64,000 bases of DNA from Parcubacteria group bacterium Gr01-1014_31 (GTDB lineage Bacteria > Patescibacteriota > Patescibacteriia > Buchananbacterales > GWA2-38-13), in the NCBI GenBank assembly GCA_007376135.1, contig VMFR01000001.1, positions 206,554 to 270,553 on the forward strand, in the 5' to 3' direction. The notes below the pieces were generated by a model. It was not told the origin of the DNA. It saw only the letters and a program-made list of their open reading frames with translations, and did no database searches. The number at the start of each line of letters is the position of its first letter. Positions within the stretch are counted from its first letter, which is position 1. This document shows positions 37,385 through 47,425 of the stretch, one piece after another. Made by a program: the position numbers and the translations under genes.

Positions 37385-38959
37385 TTAGGTGGTATTCTTT
37401 GGCGGTGCTGGGGTGTTCACTTCGGGCGGCGCCGTGATCTCTCCGGACGGTCCGCCTTTGTTGGCCAGAGAATAGAGCATCGCTCCCGACGCCACCGCCG
37501 TCACCGCCAGCCAGTAATTCAATTCGCACGCCGGGTACCAGATGATCATCGGCACCGCCGCGGCCAGCATCATCACCACCCAGCGGCTGCCGCCGTCCTT
37601 GGAAACTTTGCGTTCCTTCATCGCCAGCATCGCGATGAGCACGGCATTGAGCGCGGCCAGTAGTCCCAGCCAGTTGGTGCAGCTGGACAGCAATCCCGGG
37701 GTCGTGGTGGCCGTACCGGTCGCCAAGGCATCCACCGGGACTACGAGCGGCTCTTCATTCTCGCCGCCAAACAGCGTGTCCGGGGCGGGAGTCGGGCTGG
37801 CTGCATCTTCGGGCGTTGCCTCCGGGGTCGGGGAATCCTGCGGGCCGCCGATGGGCGCTTCCGGCGTCGGGGTCGCGACCGGCGAGAACGATGGTTTGGG
37901 TGTCAAGGAAGGCGTCGCGGTGCCCGCCACGGCCGGCTTTGGCGCCTGCGCCGCGGGCTTGGCCGCCGGCGTCGGTTCCGGAGTGCCCGCGCCCATCACC
38001 GAGCCGCTCTGCAGCGAGAATTCCAGACGGTCGTAGGCTGCCCCTTCGCTGCCGCGGCCGTTCGATATCATAGCCGTTACATAGGTCGCAACGGTGACCG
38101 TTGACGCCACCGTTTCCGCTTTCACCGGGTACGACAGCGTGTAGCTGCCGCGGGAACCGATGGCGCCCAGGTCCCAGACGCGTTCTCGGCTGTTGTCGTC
38201 GGCAAAGACGAGACCGGACGGCAACTGCTGTGCCAGGGTCAGGTCGTAGCCGACCGAATAGCCGGTGTTGGTAATGGTCACGGTCACGTCGGTGGACTGT
38301 CCCGAACGCAGGATATCCTCATCCAGCACCGCGTTGATGGCTAGTGCCGGAAAATTGTGTTTGGGCACGACCTTCGGCGACGACAGGGGGCACAGGTAGA
38401 TGGCCGAGACGCCGCTGCCCTCGGTCAGCGCGATGTCCAGCCGGGTCGCCGCATCCAGCGTGTCCAGCGTCAGGGCGCGGATCTCGTTGGCTGTCCCGGC
38501 CGTCAGTGGAATGCCCGCCGGCATCTCGCTGTTCTGGTCGTACACCAGGATCTTGGCGCCGTCGCGGTTCGCCCCGATGAGTTCTACCACTTGCACCGAA
38601 ACGACGTTTCCGAATTCAAAACTGATGGTGCCGGCCTGGCCGTCGCCGACGCGGGCAGCCGATACCGGCCCGGTGGTGGAGGGCAACTCCGCGATGGTCG
38701 CCGTCTGGCTGCCGGAGGTATTCCACGCCGCGATGTCCACACCCCACATCCGGTACTGGTCGGTGGCGGCGTCGCCGGGTTTTAACGTGTTGCCCTCCGC
38801 GTCGGACACAAAATCCACAACCATCAAGCTGTCGCACACCGGCTCCAGGTTCGGAATGGACGTCGTGGTTTGCGCGAACGCCGAAAGAGGTGCGCTGGCA
38901 ACCAGCGCCAAAGCAAGCATCAAACTGGAAAGCGGCGCGCGCATGCGGTTGAGTTTCAT
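37385..38959 (-). CDS. Secreted DUF11-like surface protein with Ala/Pro/Thr linker and multi-TM C-terminal anchor
   Basis: Signal-like MKLNRMRAPLSSLMLALALVASAPLSAFA. DUF11-like VTVTITNTGYSVGYDLTLAQQLPSGLVF. C-terminal three hydrophobic helices. The start was chosen at an internal Met of ORF 37385..39001. Confidence 0.6.
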   Translation of the reverse strand: MKLNRMRAPLSSLMLALALVASAPLSAFAQTTTSIPNLEPVCDSLMVVDFVSDAEGNTLKPGDAATDQYRMWGVDIAAWNTSGSQTATIAELPSTTGPVSAARVGDGQAGTISFEFGNVVSVQVVELIGANRDGAKILVYDQNSEMPAGIPLTAGTANEIRALTLDTLDAATRLDIALTEGSGVSAIYLCPLSSPKVVPKHNFPALAINAVLDEDILRSGQSTDVTVTITNTGYSVGYDLTLAQQLPSGLVFADDNSRERVWDLGAIGSRGSYTLSYPVKAETVASTVTVATYVTAMISNGRGSEGAAYDRLEFSLQSGSVMGAGTPEPTPAAKPAAQAPKPAVAGTATPSLTPKPSFSPVATPTPEAPIGGPQDSPTPEATPEDAASPTPAPDTLFGGENEEPLVVPVDALATGTATTTPGLLSSCTNWLGLLAALNAVLIAMLAMKERKVSKDGGSRWVVMMLAAAVPMIIWYPACELNYWLAVTAVASGAMLYSLANKGGPSGEITAPPEVNTPAPPKNTT

Positions 38960-39706
38960 AGATCGCTGAGGCAGCAAAAAACCTGCGCCGTTACCTGGCA
39001 CAGGTTTTCATGTTTACAAATGAAGACTGCGGAAACAGCCGCCACACGGCAGCGTGCCCGCAAGCCTTGACCCCCTCCGCGCGGTTCACTTTTTTGTTCG
39101 AACCCGTACCGTGCTTCATGGTGTCGCGTTACGCGGCAAACGCCGCACGCTCTCCGCCGGAAGCAGTAAACAAAACAAAAAACCAAAAATCTTTCCCCCT
39201 CCGACTCCTGACTTTCCAGAGCTGCCACACGGCAGCGGGTACAAAGATTTTGGCCTTTTTGGATCTTTTGTCCTTGATTTTTCTTTTTGATTTCGCGTTC
39301 CTGCTCTACTCTAGCAGCGCCTCACATATACTGCAATAGATTTTATCCACAAAAATGCGGGGACTTACGCACAGGATGAAAACAAGTTGAGCGCAGGGGG
39401 AAAATCAGGTTACGACACACCACGAATGAATTGGCAAGGAGCGTCCGGCGCACTGTATATAGAGACGCTCGTATATACGTTTTTCGCTCGGCCGCAACCC
39501 GCCCCAAAACCGAACTTCGACCCTGGTTAAACGAGCTCAAAAAATCGGTTATTCTGAATTCCGGCTTCCCGCCAACAGCGGGACAGGCTGGGCCCGGAAT
39601 GACGCTGTAAACTCGTCACTGAGCACGGAGCACTGAGCACCGGGCACTAAAACCTCCTACTCCACCTTTAGCGCTTCTACCGTATACCTGTTCGATGCAT
39701 TCCACA

Positions 39707-40639
39707 TCAGCCACCCGTCGGAACCGGCGTCGTACGCCGCCTTGAATTGGGCAAGGATTTTCTCCCGGCTAGACTCTTGTAGACAATTTCATAAGGGTAA
39801 TCCGCTGGATTGGCGTATCCTTCAAAATTATCAGGGTAGTGTGACGGGTAGACCATCGGATACACGTAATCGAAAAATCCGACAGTATCCTGGAACCGCT
39901 GACCGATGCCGAGCCCGTCATCCCGCCACAGCGTCATCCCGAAGAGGTCGACAGACGAGCGCGCCGGCAGGTACCTCATTTGCGAAGCCAGATAACGGAA
40001 GAAGTCCCGCATCGCATCGTTCTTGGTCCTCCCGGTATCCTCAAAGGAAAAATGCATCTCCTTTATCCTACCGTCGGATGGGAATCTGACGTAGTCAAAG
40101 TTGACCTCATCAAATCCTGCCTCAACCGCAGCCCTGGCGATCGCGGCATTGTAGTCCCAGACCTCCCAGCGAGATGCATCCACCCACGCCAACCCCTTGA
40201 AATCGCGCCACACGGCGCCGGACTTCGTTTTAACGGCTAAATCGAGCCGTTTTTCTGCCAAATGGGGGTCCTGAAATACCGCGATCCTGGCAATGGCGTA
40301 GATACCCTGCTTTTTCAGGCCGGAGACTATCCCGCGCAGATCCTTGATGCGCGGCTGGTAGGAACCAACCTCCTTCTCCATGGCATGCCCGGTCTCTATG
40401 AATACCCTGCCGGTGTAGTCCTTCAGGTCGATAACAACCGCGTTCAGCTCGGTCCGGTTGACCAAATCCACCAGCTGCTGAAACCTCGAGCTGTCCCCGG
40501 CGGTATACGCGGTAATGTAAATAGCCTTCACCGGTATTTCCGGAGGTTTTTCCGCTATAGTATATGAAAATAGCGGCGTCCCGCTGATGATCGCCAGCGA
40601 CAGTATTGCTTTCACCGCCATGAGAACGAATTCAAGCAT
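39707..40639 (-). CDS. Putative glycoside-hydrolase-like TIM-barrel protein (DUF4015/GHL family), N-terminal anchor
   Basis: 310 aa; AIYITAYTAGDSSRFQQLVDLVNRTELNAVVIDLKDYTG... matches my recollection of the DUF4015 family pattern. Confidence 0.55.
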   Translation of the reverse strand: MLEFVLMAVKAILSLAIISGTPLFSYTIAEKPPEIPVKAIYITAYTAGDSSRFQQLVDLVNRTELNAVVIDLKDYTGRVFIETGHAMEKEVGSYQPRIKDLRGIVSGLKKQGIYAIARIAVFQDPHLAEKRLDLAVKTKSGAVWRDFKGLAWVDASRWEVWDYNAAIARAAVEAGFDEVNFDYVRFPSDGRIKEMHFSFEDTGRTKNDAMRDFFRYLASQMRYLPARSSVDLFGMTLWRDDGLGIGQRFQDTVGFFDYVYPMVYPSHYPDNFEGYANPADYPYEIVYKSLAGRKSLPNSRRRTTPVPTGG

Positions 40640-41215
40640 AACGTGCTTGATTTTAGCAATTTAATGCCTTTCTTGACATGAATTTTTATGGAAAATGAGG
40701 GTGAAATATTCACACTGTGTAGTTAATTCCAAATTTCAAAATATTCAATTATATTTATTTCACAATGAAAATTTTCGTCTAATCTTAGTTCCACGTGCAA
40801 CATTACATATGAGTCGCAAAAATATCATTGACTAATTTTTTCAGTATCAGCGAACAGATCTTTCTATCTTTAATGCCTGTGGATAATTTCTCCGACTGAT
40901 ACCGTCATCCCCGCCCCCATTTTCATGAGGGTAAACTCCAGCGGGAGAATCCAGAAATCGGGTTATGTTTTTTCTGGATTCCGGCTCCGGGGCCGGAATG
41001 ACGGTTGGGCGCGAGGATGACGTGTGTTGAGATTGCCGTGCAGGACGTCATCCCGGGCCCGGCCTGTCCCGCCGTTGGCGGGAACCCGGGATCCAGAAGC
41101 AAAAAACATCGTTTCTTGGTCCCCTCTTTTGCAATGATGGCGAACGAAAATCTGAGTTGTACTTTCCCCGCTTTTATGGTAAGACAAGCAACTGTTTAAA
41201 TATCTTCTAACGCCT

Positions 41216-44200
41216 ATGGCAAATTCCGCCTGCGGTCCGGTCAAACACCAAAAACCCATCGGCTATCAGGCCGCGGCGTTGCTTGCCCATATCAAGTCAT
41301 CAACCGCCCGAAAAGTCGCGGTTTTTTTATTGCCGCTCCTGGCTGCCAACCTGGTGTTGAGCGTGGTGCCCGTCGGACGTGTCGCAGGGGTATTAGCGTA
41401 TGAAGACGAACCGGGACCGTCCTGCGCGGCGCGTTCCGTCGGATTTTTCAAAAACAATGAGGGCTGCCCGGCCGAAAGCATTTGGGCCGATGAGGTTAGT
41501 ACGCTATCGGGCGGCTACGCGGGAGAATTTTCGGGTTTGACCGGCGCGCAATTCTGCATTGACTCCAGCATCAGCGAATGCCCTGCCGGCAACACCGTTG
41601 AAGGACAGCGTTGCCGGGCCCGCGCCCACCTGCTGGCCAATGAAGCCAACGTGGTCTCCGCCCGCCTGCAGACCGATGCCCTGCTTGCCGGCGCCGACAA
41701 CGGCGATCCGGCATTCTCCGCGCTCGGCCTTTCGTCTTCGTCCACGGTCGGCCAAGCACTCGCCATTTTGGAGCAAGCACTTGCCGACGTGAACGCCACC
41801 GCCGCCCAGCTGGAAGATATCGCCACGGTGGCGGCGCGCATCTACACGTTCTACGAAAGCGAAAATACCAGCGCCCCGGCCTGCGTCATGCCCACCCCCA
41901 CGCCGACGCCGACCCCGACGCCCACGCCAACACCGGCCTGCGTGATGGAGCTAGTGAAGACCGACTCCCCGGACCCGGTTGAGCCAGGCCAAAACATTTC
42001 CTACCACCTGCGCCTGGAAAGCACCGGCACGGGGATGTGCACCGGCGGCGGCGTGGAGCTGAAGGAGTTCTACGACAGCGCAACGACGTTCGTGTCCGCC
42101 AACCCCGCTCCGACGTCCGGCAACAACCGCTGGAACTTCGGCGAGGTGCCGCCGGGCGAGGTCAACGAGGTGGACGTTATTGTCCACGTGCCCGCGACCG
42201 CCCAGGATGGCGATATCATCACCAACCAAGCGTGCTTCTGGACGCGCGAGTATAACACCTGGACCTGCGTGACGGAACAAACGACCGTCCGCGTCCCTCC
42301 GCCGCCCACCCCAACGCCTACGCCGACACCGGAACCGACCCCGACGCCGACCCCATCGCGAGCCTACTGTGGCGACGAGGTTGTCCAAACCCCCAACAGC
42401 GACGGCCAGGCCGAGCAGTGCGACGACGGCAACCTCATCAATTTCGACGGCTGCAACGTGCACTGCCAGCTGGAGCAGTTCTCCTGTCCCGCGCCGGTCA
42501 TCATTGATTTTGACCGGGACGGCAGCGGCAGCCCGATAGCGGCCGGCCAACTCCTGGATACTGAGTACGCGACCGTTGGCGTGACCATCACGGCCGCCAA
42601 CGACAACGCCTCCCGCCCGCAGATGGCGATCACTTTTGACGGCCAGAACCCAACCGGCGGCGCCGACAGCCTGGACCACGGCACGCCAAACGTTTTCTAC
42701 GGCGGCACCGGCGTCGGTGCCGGCGGCGTACCATCCAATAATGTGCCACTTTACCTGCACCTCATTATTCCAAAGAACGTGACCGACGCGAACCACGATG
42801 GCTTGGTGGACGACCCGGACGAGGACAGCGCCGGCACTGTGACGTTCACGTTCGCCGACCCGGTGAGGCCGGAGCTCATCACCCTCATCGACATAGACCA
42901 CAACGCCGGAACCCATTCCGTCAAAGGGTACCTCGGCTCCACGCTGGTCAGCACCGTGGCTATCCCCACCTACGGCGACAACAACGTCCAATACCTCGAG
43001 TTGGACAATACCCAGGAAGTCGACCAGCTGCGAGTCCGGCTCAACGACTCCTTCGGCATTGACCACCTGGTGTTCTGCCCGCAGACGCCGCCACCCCCGA
43101 CGCCAACGCCTACTCCCACACCCACCCCGATACCCACGCCTACTCCGACGCCAACGCCCACACCGACACCAACGCCGGAGCCAACTCCCACGCCAACACC
43201 TGAACCTACCCCAACGCCGACACCGACTCCTACTCCCACACCGACCCCGACGCCAGAACCCACACCGACGCCGACCCCGGAACCCACGCCAAGCCCGACA
43301 CCTGCGCCCACGCCGACACCTACCCCGCCCCCTGGTGGCGGTGGAGGCGGGGGCGGCGGAGGGGGTGGCGGTGGCCCCATTCCCAACCCCCGGTTGAGCG
43401 TTACGAAAACCTCTCCGGTCATCACCGCCTGCGCGGGCAGCACGGTTCCCTACACCATCACGGTGCAAAACATCGGTTCCTACAGCGGATTCAACCTTGT
43501 ACTCACCGACACGCTGCCCTCCGGCTTCACGTTCGGCACCTCTACCGCCGGGTCGTTCCAGCGCAGTTTCGGCAACGTCGCGCCGCACGAAGTGAAGAGC
43601 TACTCCTACACCGCGACGGTTCCGCCGGGGACTCCGAATGGCAGCTACACGAATACCGTTGTCGCGAAGATCGACAACGGCGGCCCGGCCAACAACACGG
43701 CCAGCGCCAGTTTTATCGTGAAGGTCGCCAACGCATGCGCCGCCCCCGCCCTGGCCCTGGAAAAAACCGTCGCGCAGGACTTCGTGAACGCCGGCGGTTT
43801 GGCTGACTTCACCCTCATAGTTTCCAACGTCGGTCCCGTAACGCTGACCAACGTGACGCTCGCCGATGTTCTGCCCGACGGCTTCACCGCGTCTGACGGC
43901 ACCACTTCATGGTCGCTGAACGATCTTGCGCCCGGCGCCACGAAAACGGTTCAACTGAAAGTCAGCGTCGGCGCAAATGTTGCTCCCGGCACCTATCCCA
44001 ACGTCGCGAAAGCCAAGGCCGACAACCACGCCGAAGTCGTGGACTCGGTCAGTGTGGAGGTCCGCGCGGGCCAGGTCCTGGGCACGGCTTTTGAAGAGCT
44101 GCCCGACACCGGCTCCGGGTTCACGATGCTGGCGTACTTCATCGTCAACCTCATGGCATTAGCCGCCGGTGTCGCGCTCTACCGCTGGACCAACCGCTAC

Positions 44201-44227
44201 GCCCGCCAGTACCAGCTGTGGGCATAA
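41216..44227 (+). CDS. LPxTG-anchored cell-surface protein (1003 aa): Myxococcus Cys-rich repeat, three PT linkers, a 14-Gly run, DUF11 repeats, and a C-terminal LPDTG + TM + basic-tail sorting signal
   Basis: ...[44 protein letters not shown] at the C-terminus. [37 protein letters not shown]11-like [13 protein letters not shown] and [13 protein letters not shown]. Confidence 0.8.
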   Translation: MANSACGPVKHQKPIGYQAAALLAHIKSSTARKVAVFLLPLLAANLVLSVVPVGRVAGVLAYEDEPGPSCAARSVGFFKNNEGCPAESIWADEVSTLSGGYAGEFSGLTGAQFCIDSSISECPAGNTVEGQRCRARAHLLANEANVVSARLQTDALLAGADNGDPAFSALGLSSSSTVGQALAILEQALADVNATAAQLEDIATVAARIYTFYESENTSAPACVMPTPTPTPTPTPTPTPACVMELVKTDSPDPVEPGQNISYHLRLESTGTGMCTGGGVELKEFYDSATTFVSANPAPTSGNNRWNFGEVPPGEVNEVDVIVHVPATAQDGDIITNQACFWTREYNTWTCVTEQTTVRVPPPPTPTPTPTPEPTPTPTPSRAYCGDEVVQTPNSDGQAEQCDDGNLINFDGCNVHCQLEQFSCPAPVIIDFDRDGSGSPIAAGQLLDTEYATVGVTITAANDNASRPQMAITFDGQNPTGGADSLDHGTPNVFYGGTGVGAGGVPSNNVPLYLHLIIPKNVTDANHDGLVDDPDEDSAGTVTFTFADPVRPELITLIDIDHNAGTHSVKGYLGSTLVSTVAIPTYGDNNVQYLELDNTQEVDQLRVRLNDSFGIDHLVFCPQTPPPPTPTPTPTPTPIPTPTPTPTPTPTPTPEPTPTPTPEPTPTPTPTPTPTPTPTPEPTPTPTPEPTPSPTPAPTPTPTPPPGGGGGGGGGGGGGGPIPNPRLSVTKTSPVITACAGSTVPYTITVQNIGSYSGFNLVLTDTLPSGFTFGTSTAGSFQRSFGNVAPHEVKSYSYTATVPPGTPNGSYTNTVVAKIDNGGPANNTASASFIVKVANACAAPALALEKTVAQDFVNAGGLADFTLIVSNVGPVTLTNVTLADVLPDGFTASDGTTSWSLNDLAPGATKTVQLKVSVGANVAPGTYPNVAKAKADNHAEVVDSVSVEVRAGQVLGTAFEELPDTGSGFTMLAYFIVNLMALAAGVALYRWTNRYARQYQLWA

Positions 44228-44237
44228 CAATGCAGCG

Positions 44238-44918
44238 ATGAACTTCCTGCCGTCCTACCGCGCTACCCGATTCTTGCGCCGCGCCGCGGTTGCGCTCATT
44301 GTCGCCAGCTTGGCACTGCTCGCCTATCCATTCGCCGGCCGGGTGAATTTCGCGGTGGCGCAGTTGCCGATTTTGGCGCCGACGATTACCCCGCCTGCCG
44401 TTACCCCTTCCCCCGTTCCGTCCACGGAAGGGACGGTAACGCTGGCCGCATGGCTTGCTGCCCAGCAGAAACCGCAGCCCACACAACCGACCCCAACTCC
44501 GGCGACAACTCCGATTCCTGCCGGCAACCTGCTGGAGATCCCCTCCATCGGCGTGAGGATGGCGATCACCCAAGGTTTAGACAGTAAAGCCGCGCTGCGC
44601 CAAGGCGCATGGCTCATCCCGGGGACTCCGACGCCAGACCGCGGCGGCAACACCGTCCTGGGCGGTCACCGCTACCTCTACCGGCCCCCAAGCGCCAAAA
44701 CCTTCTACAACCTGGACAAGGTCAAGGCGGGCGACGCCATCACGGTCACCTGGCAGGGAAAGATCTACAACTACAAAGTCCGCGAAGTAAAAATCGTTGA
44801 ACCCTACCAGGTGGAAATTCTCGAGAACTCCAACGAGAATATTCTCACCCTCTTCACCTGCACGCCGCTGTTCACATCCAAGCAACGATTGGTGGTCATC
44901 GCCGAGTTACAGCAGTAA
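44238..44918 (+). CDS. Sortase (transpeptidase) directly downstream of its LPxTG substrate
   Basis: Internal Met of ORF 44169..44918. N-terminal TM, catalytic His in LGGHRYL, TLxTC motif ILTLFTCTP, and a downstream Arg. Confidence 0.8.
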   Translation: MNFLPSYRATRFLRRAAVALIVASLALLAYPFAGRVNFAVAQLPILAPTITPPAVTPSPVPSTEGTVTLAAWLAAQQKPQPTQPTPTPATTPIPAGNLLEIPSIGVRMAITQGLDSKAALRQGAWLIPGTPTPDRGGNTVLGGHRYLYRPPSAKTFYNLDKVKAGDAITVTWQGKIYNYKVREVKIVEPYQVEILENSNENILTLFTCTPLFTSKQRLVVIAELQQ

Positions 44919-44941
44919 TCCTTGCTGCAGAGTACCCTTTC

Positions 44942-45209
44942 ACCACCTTTTGGCAGCAAAAGGTGGCCCAAAACTGCCGAGCAGGCTCCGTCCCGCCGTT
45001 GGCGGGACTCCAATGCTCGGATCGGCCCGGGCCGACGCGATGCGCCCATTGGCAGGAAAGTAGGTAAAAAATCGAGGCGAGCGAGGAGGTTCGAAATCGC
45101 GTGCTAAGGTCACTTGCGCATAGCGATTTTACGCCGAGCGAACCTGATTTTTTCTACTTTCCGAACACGGGGCGCGACTTTGGCGCCACCTTTCCTAGAA
45201 AGGTGGCCG
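44942..45209. repeat. Hairpin-ended repeat element, copy B (inverted relative to 22805..23177); it lacks the nested 128-bp insertion and carries a GTCCCGCCGTTGGCGGGAC hairpin instead
   Basis: See copy A. The inner hairpin caccaccttttggcagcaaaaggtgg is at 44942..44969 and the outer hairpin ccacctttcctagaaaggtgg at 45186..45209. Confidence 0.85.
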
Positions 45210-45225
45210 GTACTATACTGAGCCC

Positions 45226-45987
45226 ATGCAGTTCAAATTTCTCCACTGCAACATCTGGAACGGCGGCATGCTGATTTCCAATCTCATCGCGTTCCTGCAG
45301 AAGGAAAAACCGGACGTGCTGGCGATGCAAGAGGTCTACAACGGCCACGACGCGACCATGGAACGGCGCTTCCGCTCCATCGAGGTCCTGCAGGAGGTGA
45401 CCGGGCTGCGTCACTTCGCGTTCGCTCCGGCATTCTCCGAAGACCTGGCCAGCTTCTCGGTACAGAACGGCAACGCCGTCCTGTCGCGTTTCCCCATCAT
45501 GAAACACGAGCACTGGTTCTACGACCGGCCCTACGACCCGCACTTCGTGGACAATAAGGTATCCTACTTCAAAACGCCGTATAATTTGCAGCACGTGGTA
45601 CTGGACCTGCCCGGCCGCAACCTGCACGTCTACAACACGCACGGCATCTGGGGCGAGCATGGCCGCGACACGGAACCGCGCCTGCAGATGGCGCAGTTCA
45701 TCCTGGAAAAAATGTCGGGTATAACACCGGCGGTGCTGTGCGGGGATTTCAACGTCAACGAAGGCACCCAGACCATCGCCAATTTGAGCGCCGCTTTGGT
45801 CAATGTGTTCGCGCCCGACCGGCGGCAGAACAGCTTTAACCTCGACCACAAGGCGCCGGGAACGGGCTATGGCACCGCTGTGGTGGACTTCATTTTCACC
45901 ACGCCCGACGTGACCACACTCACCCGCCGCCAGCCGGAGGACGACGTCACCGACCATCGTCCGCTGGTGTGCGAATTTACGATATAA
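45226..45987 (+). CDS. Endonuclease/exonuclease/phosphatase (EEP) family protein
   Basis: ORF track; FLHCNIWNGG...VLAMQEV, and C-terminal D..H motifs (DHRPLVCEF). Confidence 0.8.
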   Translation: MQFKFLHCNIWNGGMLISNLIAFLQKEKPDVLAMQEVYNGHDATMERRFRSIEVLQEVTGLRHFAFAPAFSEDLASFSVQNGNAVLSRFPIMKHEHWFYDRPYDPHFVDNKVSYFKTPYNLQHVVLDLPGRNLHVYNTHGIWGEHGRDTEPRLQMAQFILEKMSGITPAVLCGDFNVNEGTQTIANLSAALVNVFAPDRRQNSFNLDHKAPGTGYGTAVVDFIFTTPDVTTLTRRQPEDDVTDHRPLVCEFTI

Positions 45988-45999
45988 CCCTTTCCCTCT

Positions 46000-46260
46000 A
46001 TGGACGAAGTGAAGTTGCGCTGCCAAAGCTGCGGCATGCCGCTGGACCCGGGCTACTTCGGTACGAACGCCGACGCCAGCCAGAACCGAGAGTGGTGCTT
46101 CCTGTGCTTCAAGCAGGGAGTCTTCACCAAGCCGGAAATGACGGTGGAGGAAATGCTCCAAATGTCCATCGACCACATGATGCGGCACCTGGGATTTGCG
46201 CGGGACAAGGCCGAACAGACGGCCAAGGAAATCATCCCTAATCTGAAGCGCTGGCAGTGA
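46000..46260 (+). CDS. Zinc-ribbon domain protein (86 aa)
   Basis: CQSCGMP...CFLCF four-Cys arrangement. Confidence 0.55.
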   Translation: MDEVKLRCQSCGMPLDPGYFGTNADASQNREWCFLCFKQGVFTKPEMTVEEMLQMSIDHMMRHLGFARDKAEQTAKEIIPNLKRWQ

Positions 46261-46372
46261 AGAGTCAGTACTCCGTACCCAGTGCTCAGTGCTCCGTACG
46301 AACATAAAAAAAGAAGGCGTCTGCTGGAGTGGCAGACGCCTTTTCGGACCCACGGGTTCACGCCTCGGGAAG

Positions 46373-47233
46373 TTACACTGCGTCGTCCCACGCGCTGCGC
46401 AGGCCAAGCGCCCCAAGGTACGACACGTCGTCGGGGCTGCGGTACAACGGCCGCCAGATGCGGGTGGCCGCCGCCAGGTCAGGCAGCGCCTGCCCAAACG
46501 CCTCGATGGTGACGAAGCCGTCGTAGTCCGCGCGCCGCAGTACCCGGAACGTGTTGGCGAATGGCACATGGCCATGGCCCGGCACGCCACGATCGTTCTC
46601 GCTGGCATGAAAATGGACCACGGAGCCGACCACCTTCTCCAACGCCGCCACCGGGTCGCGTTCCTCGATGTTGGCGTGGAACGTGTCGTACATCATCCGC
46701 AGCCCATCATGGCCAACCAGCGTGACCAGCTCGGCAGCCTGATCGCAGGTGTTAATGAGCCAGCACTCAAAACGATTGAGCGCCTCCATGGCCAGCGTCA
46801 GGTAGGGCGAAGCGATCTCAGCGGCCTCGCGCAACGTGTCAGCCGACCAGCGCAGGCGGTCGGCGCGCACCAGGTCGTCGGGCGAACTCGCGGGGAACAC
46901 CCCGAGCGCGGAGTGGAACGGACCGCACAGGATCGTGCTGCCCAGTTTCACCGAGGTCTGGATAGCCCAGCGCAAGCGCTCGAGCGCCATCTTCCGGACC
47001 GCAGCGTCGGGACTGCTCGGGTCGGCGTCGGCCGTTGCGATGGTGACGGTCGTGCGCGCCAACCCAAGCCGGTCCAGCTCGCTGCGCAGCCGGATGTAGT
47101 CGGTGTTCGGCTGCTCCACGAGCAGCGGCACTTCGATACTCTCGAACCCATGCCGCTTGAGAACGGGAAAAAGAGGGAACTGCTCCTCAGTGACGGTGGC
47201 ACCGTAGAGCAGCATATTGAATCCGAGTTTCAT
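46373..47233 (-). CDS. Sugar phosphate isomerase/epimerase (xylose-isomerase-like TIM barrel)
   Basis: The C-terminal 286 aa of ORF 46373..48079 start at MKLGFNMLLYGATVTEEQF... The upstream 282 codons are antisense to the 47426..48202 gene and have high-GC nonsense composition. My hand-derived start coordinate disagreed with the ORF-track frame by 1 bp. Confidence 0.65.
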   Translation of the reverse strand: MKLGFNMLLYGATVTEEQFPLFPVLKRHGFESIEVPLLVEQPNTDYIRLRSELDRLGLARTTVTIATADADPSSPDAAVRKMALERLRWAIQTSVKLGSTILCGPFHSALGVFPASSPDDLVRADRLRWSADTLREAAEIASPYLTLAMEALNRFECWLINTCDQAAELVTLVGHDGLRMMYDTFHANIEERDPVAALEKVVGSVVHFHASENDRGVPGHGHVPFANTFRVLRRADYDGFVTIEAFGQALPDLAAATRIWRPLYRSPDDVSYLGALGLRSAWDDAV

Positions 47234-47425
47234 GCGGATTCTCCTTTCAAAGTTCTGACCTTGGGTTGAAATCGGGGCCAACCCATCCCCGTACGTACGG
47301 AAAACGATTTTCCGTTGGCTTACCGTAGGCAAAATCCGAACTCTTGTCAACCCATCGGTATTGACGCCATGGTCCCGCCCTGCTATGTTTGCTGTGTTAA
47401 TGCGGTAATAAAGAGACCTATATCT

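Noticed and set aside
41951-43588. 545-aa minus-strand ORF and the GVGVGV-repeat ORF 42970..43443
   Set aside because: They are antisense to the LPxTG protein gene. The repeats reflect PT linkers and the poly-Gly run on the plus strand.
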